Shown: positions 39,723 to 51,700 of the stretch, in pieces
Layout of the letters: each line of letters opens with the position of its first letter
Numbering within the stretch: the stretch's first letter is position 1
Assembly (NCBI GenBank): GCA_907165135.1
Contig: OU015567.1
Span: 6,696,001-6,760,000 of the forward strand
Reading direction: 5' to 3'
Source of the DNA: Oikopleura dioica
Taxonomy: Eukaryota; Animalia; Chordata
Length of the DNA stretch: 64,000 nucleotides
Notes under the pieces: model-generated
The model's input: only the letters and a program-made list of their open reading frames with translations
The model's database searches: none
Told to the model about the DNA's origin: nothing
Position numbers and translations under genes: made by a program

Positions 39723-41152
39723 CTATTCAGAAATTTTTGTTATTTGAAATTGATCGATGATTTTTGGAGTTTCATCTTTGCTCCATTGCTTGATCGTCAA
39801 AGTTTCTAAAGAATCAAACTGTAACGCGAGGGAATGAAGCTCAAATTCTTGCCGTGAGAAGCCGTCATCGTGGTAAAGCTGTATTCTTCCAGTCTAACCG
39901 CGCTCCAATCGGGCCGATCGGTCATGTCCGTCGTGATATCTTCCTTGTTTCCAGGAGCTCCGGTAATAACATGCGTTACCCATTTTGGATTGTCGTACTT
40001 ATCAAGCGGTTGTTTTTCGAACTGTTTATTGTTCAGCGGAAACATTCGTTCGTAAATATGAACATGTCCCCAGAAAGCAACATCAACTCCAAAGTCGTTG
40101 AACATTTTTTCCAATCCATACGGGCCTACTCTCAATGGATCGGTGTCTTCTTTACATTTTGCGGAGTTCGATTTTGCCTCACTAATTTTTTTAATAAAAA
40201 GAAACTCGATCAAGTCAATTCACCAGTACATAGGCCGATGACCAGTTGTAATGATCCAAGGGACATTTTTTCGATTTTCAGCTGCAGCTTTGAGATCTTG
40301 TTGAATCCAATCAAACTGGTCCTTGATGTTTTGCTCGGAAAACTGATCAGGGTAGAAGTACAGCTCTGTAGTGAAATGCAGTACATGGACGTTGCCATAG
40401 TCGTAGGAATAGTAGAAGGGGTTTGTTTTTGAGACAGAAGAGTATCTGCTTTCATAGTGTGTGAAGTTATACTTGCTCTCGTGGTTGCCAGGGATTGTCA
40501 TGTACGGAACTTATTTCAATTAAAAACTACTGAAATAAAAGAAAGAAGACCTGATGAAGCAATTGGTTCGACCATATTCATGAATCGGTCTGCATTCTTG
40601 CCCTTGTCATCAAACATGTCATAGGCGAAGTCTCCAATGTGCCAGATCATGTCAGCATCTTCAGAGTCCACTAGACTTTTAATCGCGCCCAGGCATTGAG
40701 AATTCTCGACTCCGAAATCGCCATAAATCAGGAAAGTCTGCTCGTCTTCTGGCCCGCTGTCAGTTAATTCGAAGCTGTAGATTTTTCCGTCGTCAAGTTT
40801 GTAGTTGTAAAGACCGAAATTCAGATCACTACCAGAACAAAATGACAATCAATTTTTGTTCAAAGTCAAACCTCAAAGTAACAGTATGAATGTATCTTAT
40901 TTCTGAAGAATCTTGAGGTTCGACGAATTTGGTGACATTCGAAAAGGCAACCTTCATCTCTCCTTGAGGGCCGATAACTTTCAACTGATAAAAAAACTCC
41001 ATGGATTCCAACTCTGTCAACGATGTCCAAGAAAACGACCTCTCTTGTTTTCCAAGATAAGCCAAATGCATCTGATTAAAACCGGCTTCCAAGTCATTGA
41101 TCAGCGAAATTTCCCTCGCAAACGAACTCAAAATTAACCCAAAGAAAAGCAT
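39723..41152 (-). CDS. ACP7: Purple acid phosphatase (ACP7/PAPL-like), paralog A
   Basis: Metal-ligand motifs GDFG, GDFAY, PGNHE, TGHRPMY and WGHVH; signal peptide. Confidence 0.85.
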
Positions 41153-41232
41153 CTCTTTTGACGCATTCAGAATTTTTTTGAAAGTTTATTTCAGAATTGC
41201 CAGAAACAGCTGCAATAATCCCAGGAGAGGTT

Positions 41233-42912
41233 TCAAAATATCATTTTGGTAACTCCTCGAAGCCATTTTATCGCGCGCTCGTACCAGCGAAGTTCGGACT
41301 TTTGCTCGGTCTTCGTAATTTGGAACTGATCGATGATCTTTGAGGTTTCATCTTTGCTCCATTGCTTGATTGTCAGCGTATCTAGAATACTTAGAATGGC
41401 GAACCTAGATATACTCTTTACCTCTAGCAGCAGTAAGAGTTGTGAAGCTGTATTCTTCCAATCTGACCGCGCTCCATTCGGGCTGATCTTTCATGTTCGT
41501 ACTGATGTCTTCCTTATTTCCCGGAGCTCCAGTAATCACGTGAGTCACCCACTTTGGATTCTCGTATTTATCCAGCGGCTGTTTTTCATATTCTTCATTG
41601 TTCAAAGGAAACATTCGTTCGTAAAGATGGACATGGCCCCAAAAAGCAACATCGACGCCGTAGTCGTTGAACATTTTCTCCAATCCATACGGGCCGATTC
41701 TGACGGGGTCGGTGTCATTGACGCATTTGGAGCTCAATCGTTCGCTGAATTTAATTCTAGAGCTGGACCAGCTGAAATGCCTTACCAATACATGGGTCGA
41801 TGACCAGTGGTAATGATCCAGGGATATTTGTCGCGATTTTGGTTGGCAGTCTTCAAATCCTGTTGAATCCAATTGAACTGGTCCTTGATGTTCTGTTCCG
41901 AAAACTGCTCCGGGTAGAAGTACAGCTCCGTGGTGAAATGAATCACGTGGACGTTCCCGTAGTCGTAGGAATAATAATAAGGATTTGTTTTGGAAACAGA
42001 GGAGTAGCGACTTTCGTAGTGGGAGAAGTTGAAATGGCTCTCGTGGTTTCCGGGAATCGTCATGTACGGCACTTAATTTCCCAATATTTTAGTATCAACC
42101 GCTTTAGTTTGTTTCCCCTTACTTGCAGCGGCAATAGGCTCAACCATGTTCATAAACAAATCCGTGTTTTGGCCATTGTTGTCGCACATATCATAAGCGA
42201 AATCCCCAATATGCCAAATCATGTCCAGATCATCCCCGAGCGTAATTACCATATTTTCGATTGCATCCAAGCACTGTGAGTTTTCGACGCCCATGTCTCC
42301 GTAAATCAGAAACATTTGCTCGTCATCGGGGGTGTTTTCATAAACATTGAAGTGGTACCAGTGATAACCCATTGGAGCGTAATTGTAATTACCGTATTTC
42401 AGATTGCTAATTTCAAATGAAAGAAAATTTTCAAGTCGAGAAGCCGCTTTTGCGGCTTCGAGTAATTTCAATAAAAGCTGCGCTTCCCGTGGCTTCTTTT
42501 ATTAAAGAAGCTCGAAGCCGCAAGCGGCTTCTCGATTTTTAGGAAGTTTTTGACAATGAACAAGCCAAAGCAAATCTACCTGAGAACGACAGTATGAATG
42601 TATCGCTCTTGGGATTTGTCCTGAGGTTCAATGAAGGTAGTAACGTTGGAGTCGACCATCTTCATTTCCCCTTCCATCGGTTATTCTACTTTTTCTTTGC
42701 AAAAAAAAGCCGAAATGAAAACCGATTCCTTCTGGTCCAGGAACAGCAAGTTGATAAATAAACGTGATGGGGTCTTTCTCCGTCAAAGACGTCCACGAAA
42801 CCGACCGTTCAAACTCGCTCAGGTACGCGACATGCATCTGGTTTACTCCAACCTTTCGATTATCAGATCCATCGCTGGCAAGAGCGCCCAAGAAGAACGC
42901 GAGGAGCAGCAT
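41233..42912 (-). CDS. ACP7: Purple acid phosphatase (ACP7/PAPL-like), paralog B
   Basis: GDMG, GDFAY, PGNHE, TGHRPMY and WGHVH; near-identical exon layout to paralog A; extra C-terminal tail. Confidence 0.85.
42436..42535. repeat. 100-bp intronic foldback made of GAAGCCGC..GCGGCTTC hairpins; related copy at ~55985-56011
   Basis: TCGAGAAGCCGCTTTTGCGGCTTCGAG and CTCGAAGCCGCAAGCGGCTTCTCGA are reverse complements apart from a 2-nt indel. Confidence 0.75.
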
Positions 42913-43502
42913 TTTCTCTCTCCTTGTTTTTTACTTTATTTTAGGCGAGCGGCTTTATTTTGAGAACAGCTGCGCTCGTCTCAGAATCAACAAAACAGCC
43001 TGAACTTTCAGTCAACAACTTGTTGATAAAATAAGTTATTTTTTATTCAATGACATTTTTTCATAAATTTTTCGGTAAAAAATGAAACTTACCAGAAAAA
43101 TGAATTATTTCATCAAAAAAAAAATGAAGATTTTTTTCCATGAATTTTCATTTTTCTTATCAAAAAAATTCTACAAGAGCTCAACAAAAAAACGATCTTC
43201 TTGAGCTCTTCAGAATAAGAAATCTCCCTTTTGGCTATCTTTGTAGTGGAAAGAAGCGTGGGATGGACCAATGAAAGAACGGCGCGCAGAGAAAATAATG
43301 TCTGAAAAAAATGTTCTAGAAAAACTGTGATTTTTTCTCTAGAATACGTCTTTCAGACTGCGAAATCAAATTGGGGAAGACATTGAAAGATGAAGATTTG
43401 CTTGAAATTTGCCTCATTGAAGACTAATAAGAAAAAACCTCGATTTCGGACAAATATCTATAAATTTCTTTCGATGATTTTCTCAATTTTCAACTGATTA
43501 GA

Positions 43503-44766
43503 ATGGCACCGAAATTGACAGCTGAAGAAAGAGAGCTGAAAAGACGAAATGCGGCACGAAAAAAGCTAGAAAAACAGCTCGAAAAGGAGCAAAAACAAGT
43601 TACTATGAAAGGATCGGATACGAAATTTTAAGGGCCTCTCTACGATAATTCCGGCTTTATTAGGTTAATTTCAGTTAGGTTAGACAATAGACTCCACTTT
43701 TTATACAGAAAATTTTTTATAACAATGAAAATTTTAGTAGTGAATTTAAAAGTCCTGGCTCAGGTTTTTAACACAGGTCTCCAAGCCCAGATTTTAATAA
43801 GTTGAATATCTGAGGAAAGCGCATTGTTGGGAATACGGAATCGCGGAATATTCGGCAGAGCACTTTGTCGAGAGCGACCTGAAAAACTGCTCTTTCGATG
43901 CAGATGGAGTCAAAGTTTTCAACGGAGAGAAAGCAGTCGAACTTAGATTCGTCGAGTCGGCCGGTTGCCGCTACCCAAGTCTCAGAGTGAAGCGAAAGTG
44001 GCCAGAAATAGATGAAAACGCGCAAGAGATAGTTTACCAAGAGCTGGAGGAAGAGACTGTTTTTTGCTTTCGAGGACGAGTTCAGCAATTTGACGTTTTC
44101 GTTCAAGTTTGCCGGCAAAAACAAGGCTTGGGCTGAGAATAAGCATGATAAGTTTTGGTGCTCTTATTCTGGGCTCGGCAACCTGTTTCAAAAGCCTGAG
44201 TCAGGGCCTGAAAGAGCTTGAATCGAAGCCGCGAAAAACCATATGCAGCTTTTCATTCAAGCTCTTTCAGGCCCTGACTCAGGTTTTGGAGGCAGATTGT
44301 AGAGCCTAGCTCTTATTATTTCGCTCCCTTTTTGACCCTTTTAAAAGTTTCGTATATCATCGTCGATACAACGGAGAACAGAATTAATTTTGAAAAAAAA
44401 TTGATCTCCTTTAATTTGAACGAAAATCTCGACGGGAAGTTCAAAGTTCTTCAAACCTCCAAGGACAGGACTTGGCTGGGCTGCACGATTTCTGCGATCA
44501 AGGCGATTCTAGAGGCCCCGAGCAAGAGAGAAAAAGACAAGGAGCACACTGAGATTGATAATAAAGTCAGGCACTGTTTGAAGTTGACTCTTTTAGAAGA
44601 CATGGAAATAAAACTTTATCCTTGACTTTTTCTACGGTCAAGAGAGTTGAGTAATGCTTTCGTAACTTTCCTCAAACAGAAGAAAAGAATCACCTCATCG
44701 GAAGATTGCGACGCGCTGTTCAAGCGATTTTTACTGACTATTACTGGTATTCAAGGAAAAGGTTGA
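43503..44766 (+). CDS. Unknown multi-exon gene
   Basis: Short basic first exon (MAPKLTAEERELKRR), an ATG-less ~110-codon open frame at ~43800-44130 (EYLRKAHCWEYG...), and ORF 44332-44625, with AG acceptors. No family recognised. Confidence 0.45.
44169..44309. mobile_element. 141-bp hAT-type MITE with 8-bp TSD
   Basis: TSD CTCTTATT at 44161-44168 and 44310-44317; inverted CCTGAGTCAGGG / CCCTGACTCAGG core. Confidence 0.85.
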
Positions 44767-44792
44767 ATAATCATTTTATGTTCCGTCCGAAA

Positions 44793-44899
44793 CTGGTCTC
44801 GGCAACCTGCTTAGAAAACCTGAGTCAGGGTGTGAAAATATTGAAATATAGATCTTTCAGACCCTGACTCAGGTTTTCTACGCAGGTTGCCGATCCCAG
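44793..44899. mobile_element. Second copy of the same hAT-type MITE family
   Basis: CTGG..TCGGCAACCTGC..AAAACCTGAGTCAGGG and its reverse complement; TSD not preserved. Confidence 0.75.
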
Positions 44900-45288
44900 C
44901 TAGAAAATGAACCCTTCACAAAGAAGTGCACATTCCATTGATCATCAAAGTCCTGCCAAACTTTCAAACTGCCCTTGCTATCGCTTCAGATGACATCCAA
45001 AAAACCCGCGCCTTCGAAAAACTGGCGAATTCCGACGTTGAACGAGGGGAAGGAGGTGGTGCTACCCACCAAAGATTTGGGCAAAAGCTCGCTAGAAGGG
45101 TCTTGACATTTTTCGACGAAAAGGAATGGATGATTTTTAAGTTTGAATATTCTAATTTTTGTAAGGAATAATTAAAATCCCCATAAAAGCCAATGTCAAC
45201 AGTTCTTGATTGAGTACCTCGCAAAACTACTGATAAAAGAAATAATTTCAACCAACTAATTCGCTCGTAAAAAATACCATTTTTAAGA

Positions 45289-47621
45289 ATGATCGTAGAG
45301 CTAATTGTCTTACTCGCTTCAATATTTGTTTTTCTTCAGTTCGTGAAAGGAAGGGGCGGAGAATCAAATTCTCCCACCCTAGAGGAAGCTGAACAAAAAC
45401 TTGCGAAAAAAGAACTTGAGAAAGAAAAACTTGTCAAGAAATCAACAAGGAAAGGGGCGAAATCTCGGCGAAAGTGGAAGTGAATCTTTGTTGTTTTCAC
45501 CCCAATTTAAAGCGCTCAAAAACCGACAGGCAAAAGCTTGAAAAAACTGAACCAAGCTTCGAAGAAACTCGACCACAAAGAATTTGAGCATGGACTTTTG
45601 ACAAACACACTCAAGGGCCACACAAAGTGCGTCAACGACATTTCCTTTTCGGAGAATGGAAAGTTTATCGCAACATCTGACGGGGAAAGGTCCATTCTAC
45701 TGTGGCCAACGAAAGAGCTTGGGAAAGGAAACACGTCGTACAGGTGCGATAGAAATTGTTATCAGGCGCGAGAGGTTGATAAACAATTACTGCTTGCTTG
45801 TAGCTACTGTATGTTCATTAGTAATTGTCATATTTGTCGATAGACGGATAAGTCTTGCTCTCCTATTCTACGCTAGATTTTGAAATGTGTAAATATTTGA
45901 GCCAATTTGGAAGTTATACAACTCGAGAGCTAACTCCTCTTGCCGCTCGTTATTTTCTTCTACGGGTCACTAGAGATCTTGCTTATGAAAAAATAGAGAC
46001 AACGTAAACTTCTTCAGATACAACACCGCTCATGATCCAGCGTTGTCAGTCAAGTTTGCCCCGGATGGAAAATCGCTCTGTGCGATTTTGCAAAAAGAAA
46101 ATACCGTGGCTTTATTTCAAGTTGCGAAGCAAGATGGTGGGTCGTACGAATTGAAGCACATTTCTAACGCTGTTGATTTTCTACCGGGCGCAGGAACTGT
46201 TCAGAAAATATTAAAAAAGACCTCTTTTCAACTCATTTTTGAACAAAAAAAAAGCGCTGAAAAGGGCAAAGATCGCAGTTCAATTTCAATCGGGCGTACA
46301 GGCGGGCTCCTTCCTGTACCACGAGTACTCCAACCACACTGTTGTCTTGTCAGATCTAAGAGGAAACCAGGAGCTCCATCGTTTTCCCGCTGCTTCTGGG
46401 TCGAATGGGAAAACGCTTCTCTCGCCCTGTTCAAAATTTGTCGTTGGTTTCGGAGATTCAGCGGAAATTAGAGGATGGGCAGTCTTGTTCAAGGTAAGCT
46501 GGAAAGTGCGAGAAGATTCATTCATAGATTGTTCAATATCGATAAAAATAAAGACCTAATAAAAGGAACATTTATGACTCAAAGTCAATAAGCAAGACTC
46601 AAGATTTGTAACTAGGATTACAAAGGATCTTCACGAATCAACCCTAATCCAAGCTAAATCTGAAGTGCCCTTTTTCCAAGAATTCCATTTTCAGAGTGGT
46701 TCCTATGCGAGTACGAAAAAGCTCCACTCCCTCTGTGGACATAAATCGAACGTCAGCCAAGCTGCCTTTTTCCCAGACTCGTCGAAGCTGATCTCGTTAT
46801 CGGACGCGAGTGGCTTCAAAATCTACGACTTCAACAGCGCGGACTGGCAACGAGATGACACACCTCGAGGTCAGTTTAGACAAAAGGGCAACGTTAGTGG
46901 GCGTTCACGCAATCGATCACGAATTCTTTGAATAACTATTCATTCTAAGAGAGTAGCCTCTCAACAATTTCAAAGACCTTTCATCTGCATTTTCGATTTA
47001 CAAAAAAGCCTTGTTTCATTAGAGTAACTTTCCTTATCTGAAAATTATCCAGAACTAGACTTTTATATCAATCCAAATCGTGGTATTTATTCAAGACGAC
47101 CTCTCACGACCGTAATTTTTTTCTCACTAATTCCTTCTTTTTCAGAGGCCGAAGCATTCCCAAATCAATGGGGAGCCGTGGACTCAATCCTCATATCGCC
47201 AGATAATCTGATTCTCGCCCTGGTGCAGCACTCATCGATCAAGTTCATCTCCTTGCGGACCAAGGTGCTCGTGCTCGAGATCAAAGACATTTTCAACGGG
47301 GCAATAAAGAGCGTCGAATTCAGCCCAGACTCGGAACTTGTTGCGGTTGCTGGCGACCGGTTAGTAAACAAAATAAACCGCCAAAGGGGATGAGATCCCT
47401 ACTTGCTAATTTTTGCTAATTCGACTTTTTGATGAGAGGAAAAATTAAGATGCGTTCGAATCTTCAAAAATCTTCCTGGACTAATCGCCCGAGCACACGA
47501 AGCCAAATCGAAGCTGATGAACCCCAACTGTAACGAAACTTACAGGAACCGGCTTCTGGCCGAACTCAAGAGCGACCAAAAGCAGATCAACGAGCTTCAA
47601 AAGCAGCTTCTCTCCAGCTGA
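45289..47621 (+). CDS. TBL2: Transducin beta-like 2 (ER-anchored WD40 protein)
   Basis: N-terminal TM, then FEHGLLTNTLKGHTKCVNDISFSENGKFIATS, further WD40 repeats (GHKSNVSQAAF.PDS, EFSPDSELVAVAGDR) and a coiled-coil end. Confidence 0.82.
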
Positions 47622-48743
47622 AGCACCTGGCAAAATAAGCTAACGAAGCAGCTTTAAACAGAAGGGGGGAAGTTGTTATTAGAATCAATTAGCTATCATT
47701 TTTTCTGTAGAAGTATTTTTCACTTACTTAGAAATTCACTCAAAGTAGAAAGCATCCTATCATTCGTGCAATTCTCAAATAAAGATAATGCTATTTTAAA
47801 TTCAATATTCATTGAAAAGACCATAATATCTTTAAAAGCACAGTTTTAAAAGACCATAAGGGTATCCCCCGGAATTAATTTTTAATGAGAAAAAGACCAA
47901 ATGGGTTTTCACGGCGGATTTTTCGGTTTTTTGAATTTAGGAATTTCACGCTGACAGTACTGATAGTACGTGGGGATGGAATTTTAAGCTTTCAAGGTCA
48001 GACTGGACTCTACGCGCATTGATTGGGCGTTTCTTTGCCCATTCACCCGGCGCGTAGTAAATTTGGCTCCCTGTCCTACCGCCCGGCACCGTAGAATCAC
48101 TAGCGAACAGATTCTCCCTTCCGCTTTTACCCGACTGTCGAGAAAATCAGAAGCATTTTTTGAAAGAATTTTGAAAAACGCACCTTCTAAAGAACTCAAA
48201 GAACGCTGCAAGTGCTCTTAGCCATCCTTTGAAAGAATTTATTTGTTAAAAGAAATTATTTTACAATAGTTGAGGATCCAACTTTTTTTTTCATTCGGTA
48301 AGGTCAAATTAGGCAATCAAGGAAAGGAGTGACCCTGAGTGAGGTCTATCGCCCCTGGGGCTTAGCAATTTGAGGGTTGATTAGTCTTCCCTCTTGCCAT
48401 GTATTTTTGAGCAGAGAAATATCTTCACTCCAAGCTTCAGTCCACGAGTAACCCGGCCCTAGTAGAACTTCTGGACACCTCTTTTTGAATAATTATTCTG
48501 GGACGAATACTCCTTTGTTTTCATAGAACAAATATTTATCGTGGCGACAATAGTAAATTCGATCGCTCAGTAAAAAAATTCCAAGAGAATGACAATTTTT
48601 TTTCCGAGAAAAAAAATGAATTCAACGCAATAATGATAAGCTGATTCTTCCTGTTAGATTACTGTATCTTCGCACCTTCCCTAAGCTTGTGCTTTATCTC
48701 CTCGTATAATAAGTGGTTGTGTTTTAGAGTGATGTAGGTGTGA

Positions 48744-51700
48744 ATGACGACCTGCGCGAACGCATTAGTAGAAGAAATCGGACTGTCGTCCGTCGGCGAC
48801 GACCATGAAAGCGAAGACGATAACATAGATGATTACATCGACGACATCGAAACGATCGGAAATCACCGAAACATCGACGTCACCGTCTTTCTCGACGAGG
48901 AACTCCCCATCATCGAGGACGACGATGATGACGATGAGTTCGGCGATGACTACGTCGACGCGAATGATTGTGATGCGGACGGACGCAAATTACGCTTGTT
49001 TTCACCTGCGAATCAAGCAAAAAGGAAAAGCTCGCAAAACAGAAAATTCTCAAAATTAAGTTTTCTATCTTCGTTTTGAATCTTTAAAGTCGCAAATAAT
49101 GAGCTTTGAAAACAGAAGAACGAAAAGTATCTCGATTGAATCAGCGCCAGTAGTGCTCCCTCTTACACCCCCAAGACGGTCGAGCTCACGGCGCTGCTCA
49201 GATTTTCTGAAGAACGCATTTAGTAGTACCCGCTCTAGTAGCACACCAAAAACCCCTAAACCCAAGGCGGCAAGAAGCACTCCAACAACGCGAAACAGTG
49301 CTCCTGCTCAGCAAAAAGTGACCATAACCAAAAGTGGTCGAAAATCAACAACAAAACCGAAGAAGGATGTATTTCTCCTTCCCGAAACGCGGCCTTATAA
49401 AAAACGAGAAAAGCCGAAAGCAAAGCCGCCAGTTACGGAGAAGTTCAATGCTCTGTACGCTGAGTTTCCAAAACTCCAGTCGCAAGATCCAAAAGAGCTT
49501 GACGACTTCTTCCGGGTAAAAGTCAGTCCACAAAACCCCCCTTTCAATTCCCTACTAGAAAATGGCGGCCAACGAGATTTCTAATTTCAACAAGACGAGC
49601 GACATGGTTTATGGCAGCGATCGGCCATTTATCGACAAAGCATGTGAGCTCGGACTCGTAGGCTACAAGATTCCAAGTCGTTTGACGGTCACGATGGTTT
49701 CCAAAAACTCGTTGTACAAATATGAGTTTCATGGATTGATTACGGAACTAAAGAAGATCAAGGTTAGTTACCCGGTCGATAGTCCTCATTTAAAATTCAT
49801 GAAAAGGGATCGAACGGGACGCGAGGAAGAATACGCGTGAAGGAAATCGAGCCCCCTCCTCGCAAGCGCAAACCCAACACGGATCGAAAGCAAGTAATTC
49901 AGCCCGCTCCAACGCGGGTTGAAAAACTGCTGAGCAACGCGGCCAATGTCACCACCATCAAAAGCGACAACATGCAAAGCATCAACCTTGGCAATGCGAC
50001 AACCGCCACGCCGATTGTCATCAACAACGGACAAATTCAGCTGGGAAACTTGAACATCACCACACTTGGTGGAGCGGGAGGAATCAAGTGCTCGACTTGA
50101 ATCAGCTCTCTTCGCTGTTCAATAACGACGGGTAAGTTCCCCCAGAAGCGGATACTCCCCTTTTCTCTCGAATCTACCCTTTCTTTTAGAAAGCAACAAT
50201 CCTTTCAAATCGTTCAAGCAGCTCCACAAGCTCAATCCGTTCAAGTCGTGCGCCCCGTCACCATCGTCCCCGTCCAGAATGTAACGACATTCCAAAACGT
50301 TACGACAGTCAAGCAAGTCGCAAAAGCAGAGCCGCAAGTGAAGAAACCAGTCGTGAAAGTAGAAAGAAAGATTCAATCTCCCTCTCCCGCTACCAGCGCG
50401 CCTGTTTCAGTCTCTGCCGCAGCCGCCAACAAAAATGAGGAGACAAAGAAAGAAGAAGTAAAATCCGAACCACCATGTGAAGAGGTCTACATCGACACGT
50501 CGGAGAAGCAACTTATGCCACCGCCTCCGACGCCGATAATGCCGAAATTGATGGAGGAAAAGATGCCAAAGCCGATTTTGCCTAATCTGGCACCTTCTCA
50601 GGCACGGTTTGAAATCGCCTCGCTAGTTGTTTTTACGATAATCGCGTCCCAGAATTAAAATAACACGATCGATTTTCAAACTCTGAAAAGGTCTTCAAAA
50701 TCGACACTTCTTCTAACAGCTTTGAGCTCATGCCACCTCCTGCAATTCCAATAAGAAAACTGAGCATCAAAGACCGTCTGATCAAATCCCCCGAAAACCC
50801 GCCAAGAATTCCCAAACTCGAGCTGGTCCGGAAAGACTCGAAGAAGAGCGTGAAGGAGAAGCCGGAAGATAAAGTAATCGTTATCAAGCCGACCGAAGAA
50901 GAAAAGAAAATATTGGAAGAAAGTGAAGGCGAACTCGAGGTAGATAAAAATCGAGCCTTCAAATTCTATCAGTTTTTTTTTCTTTCAGATTCCAATTTTC
51001 AAAGATCGCGCGCTCGAGACGCAAATGATCATTGAACATTTGGACCGACAAGTCGAGGAGAAACTTCGACAAGAACGAGAAAGAGCACAAATGCGAATGA
51101 AAACGAGTAGCAACATCTTGAGAAGAAGCGATTCTAGCTCAAGACGATCAAGTGCCTCCCCCGTGCCAGCCAAAAACACCCTTCCCCAAAACTCAAACTC
51201 ATCCAAACCCGCCTCAAACTCCCCCAAGAAAACCCCCATCACTGCGCCCTCTTCTGACAGCAGCCCAAAGAAAGTTGCTCCAAAACCCACGGAAAGGACT
51301 ACACCGGTCAGCATCAAACCTACCATCATTGAAAACAATTCCACGATCATTAGATCCCTTCCTGACGGTAATAACCCCTCATTTATCCTTTCTAAATCTT
51401 TGGTTCAGGCTGTCAACTTCTACCTATCTTCAATCTGGCGCAAGCCTTCACGACCATTTCGGCGTCGAATATTATTACAGTAGTGCAAAGTAAACCCAAC
51501 AAGGTGCCTATCCCTCAGAATACTTCTTCCTCAAAAATCGCTTCCGCGCCGAGTTCAACCCCCATTCAATCAACAACCGTTCAAAATTCGAATGTCGCAA
51601 GTTCTAAGCCGGCTCCTGTCAGTATTCAGGTAAGAGATAAAACATGCGCTCACCCACTTATTCCGTCGATTTCAGCCAAAATCGAGCAATAACCCGATTG

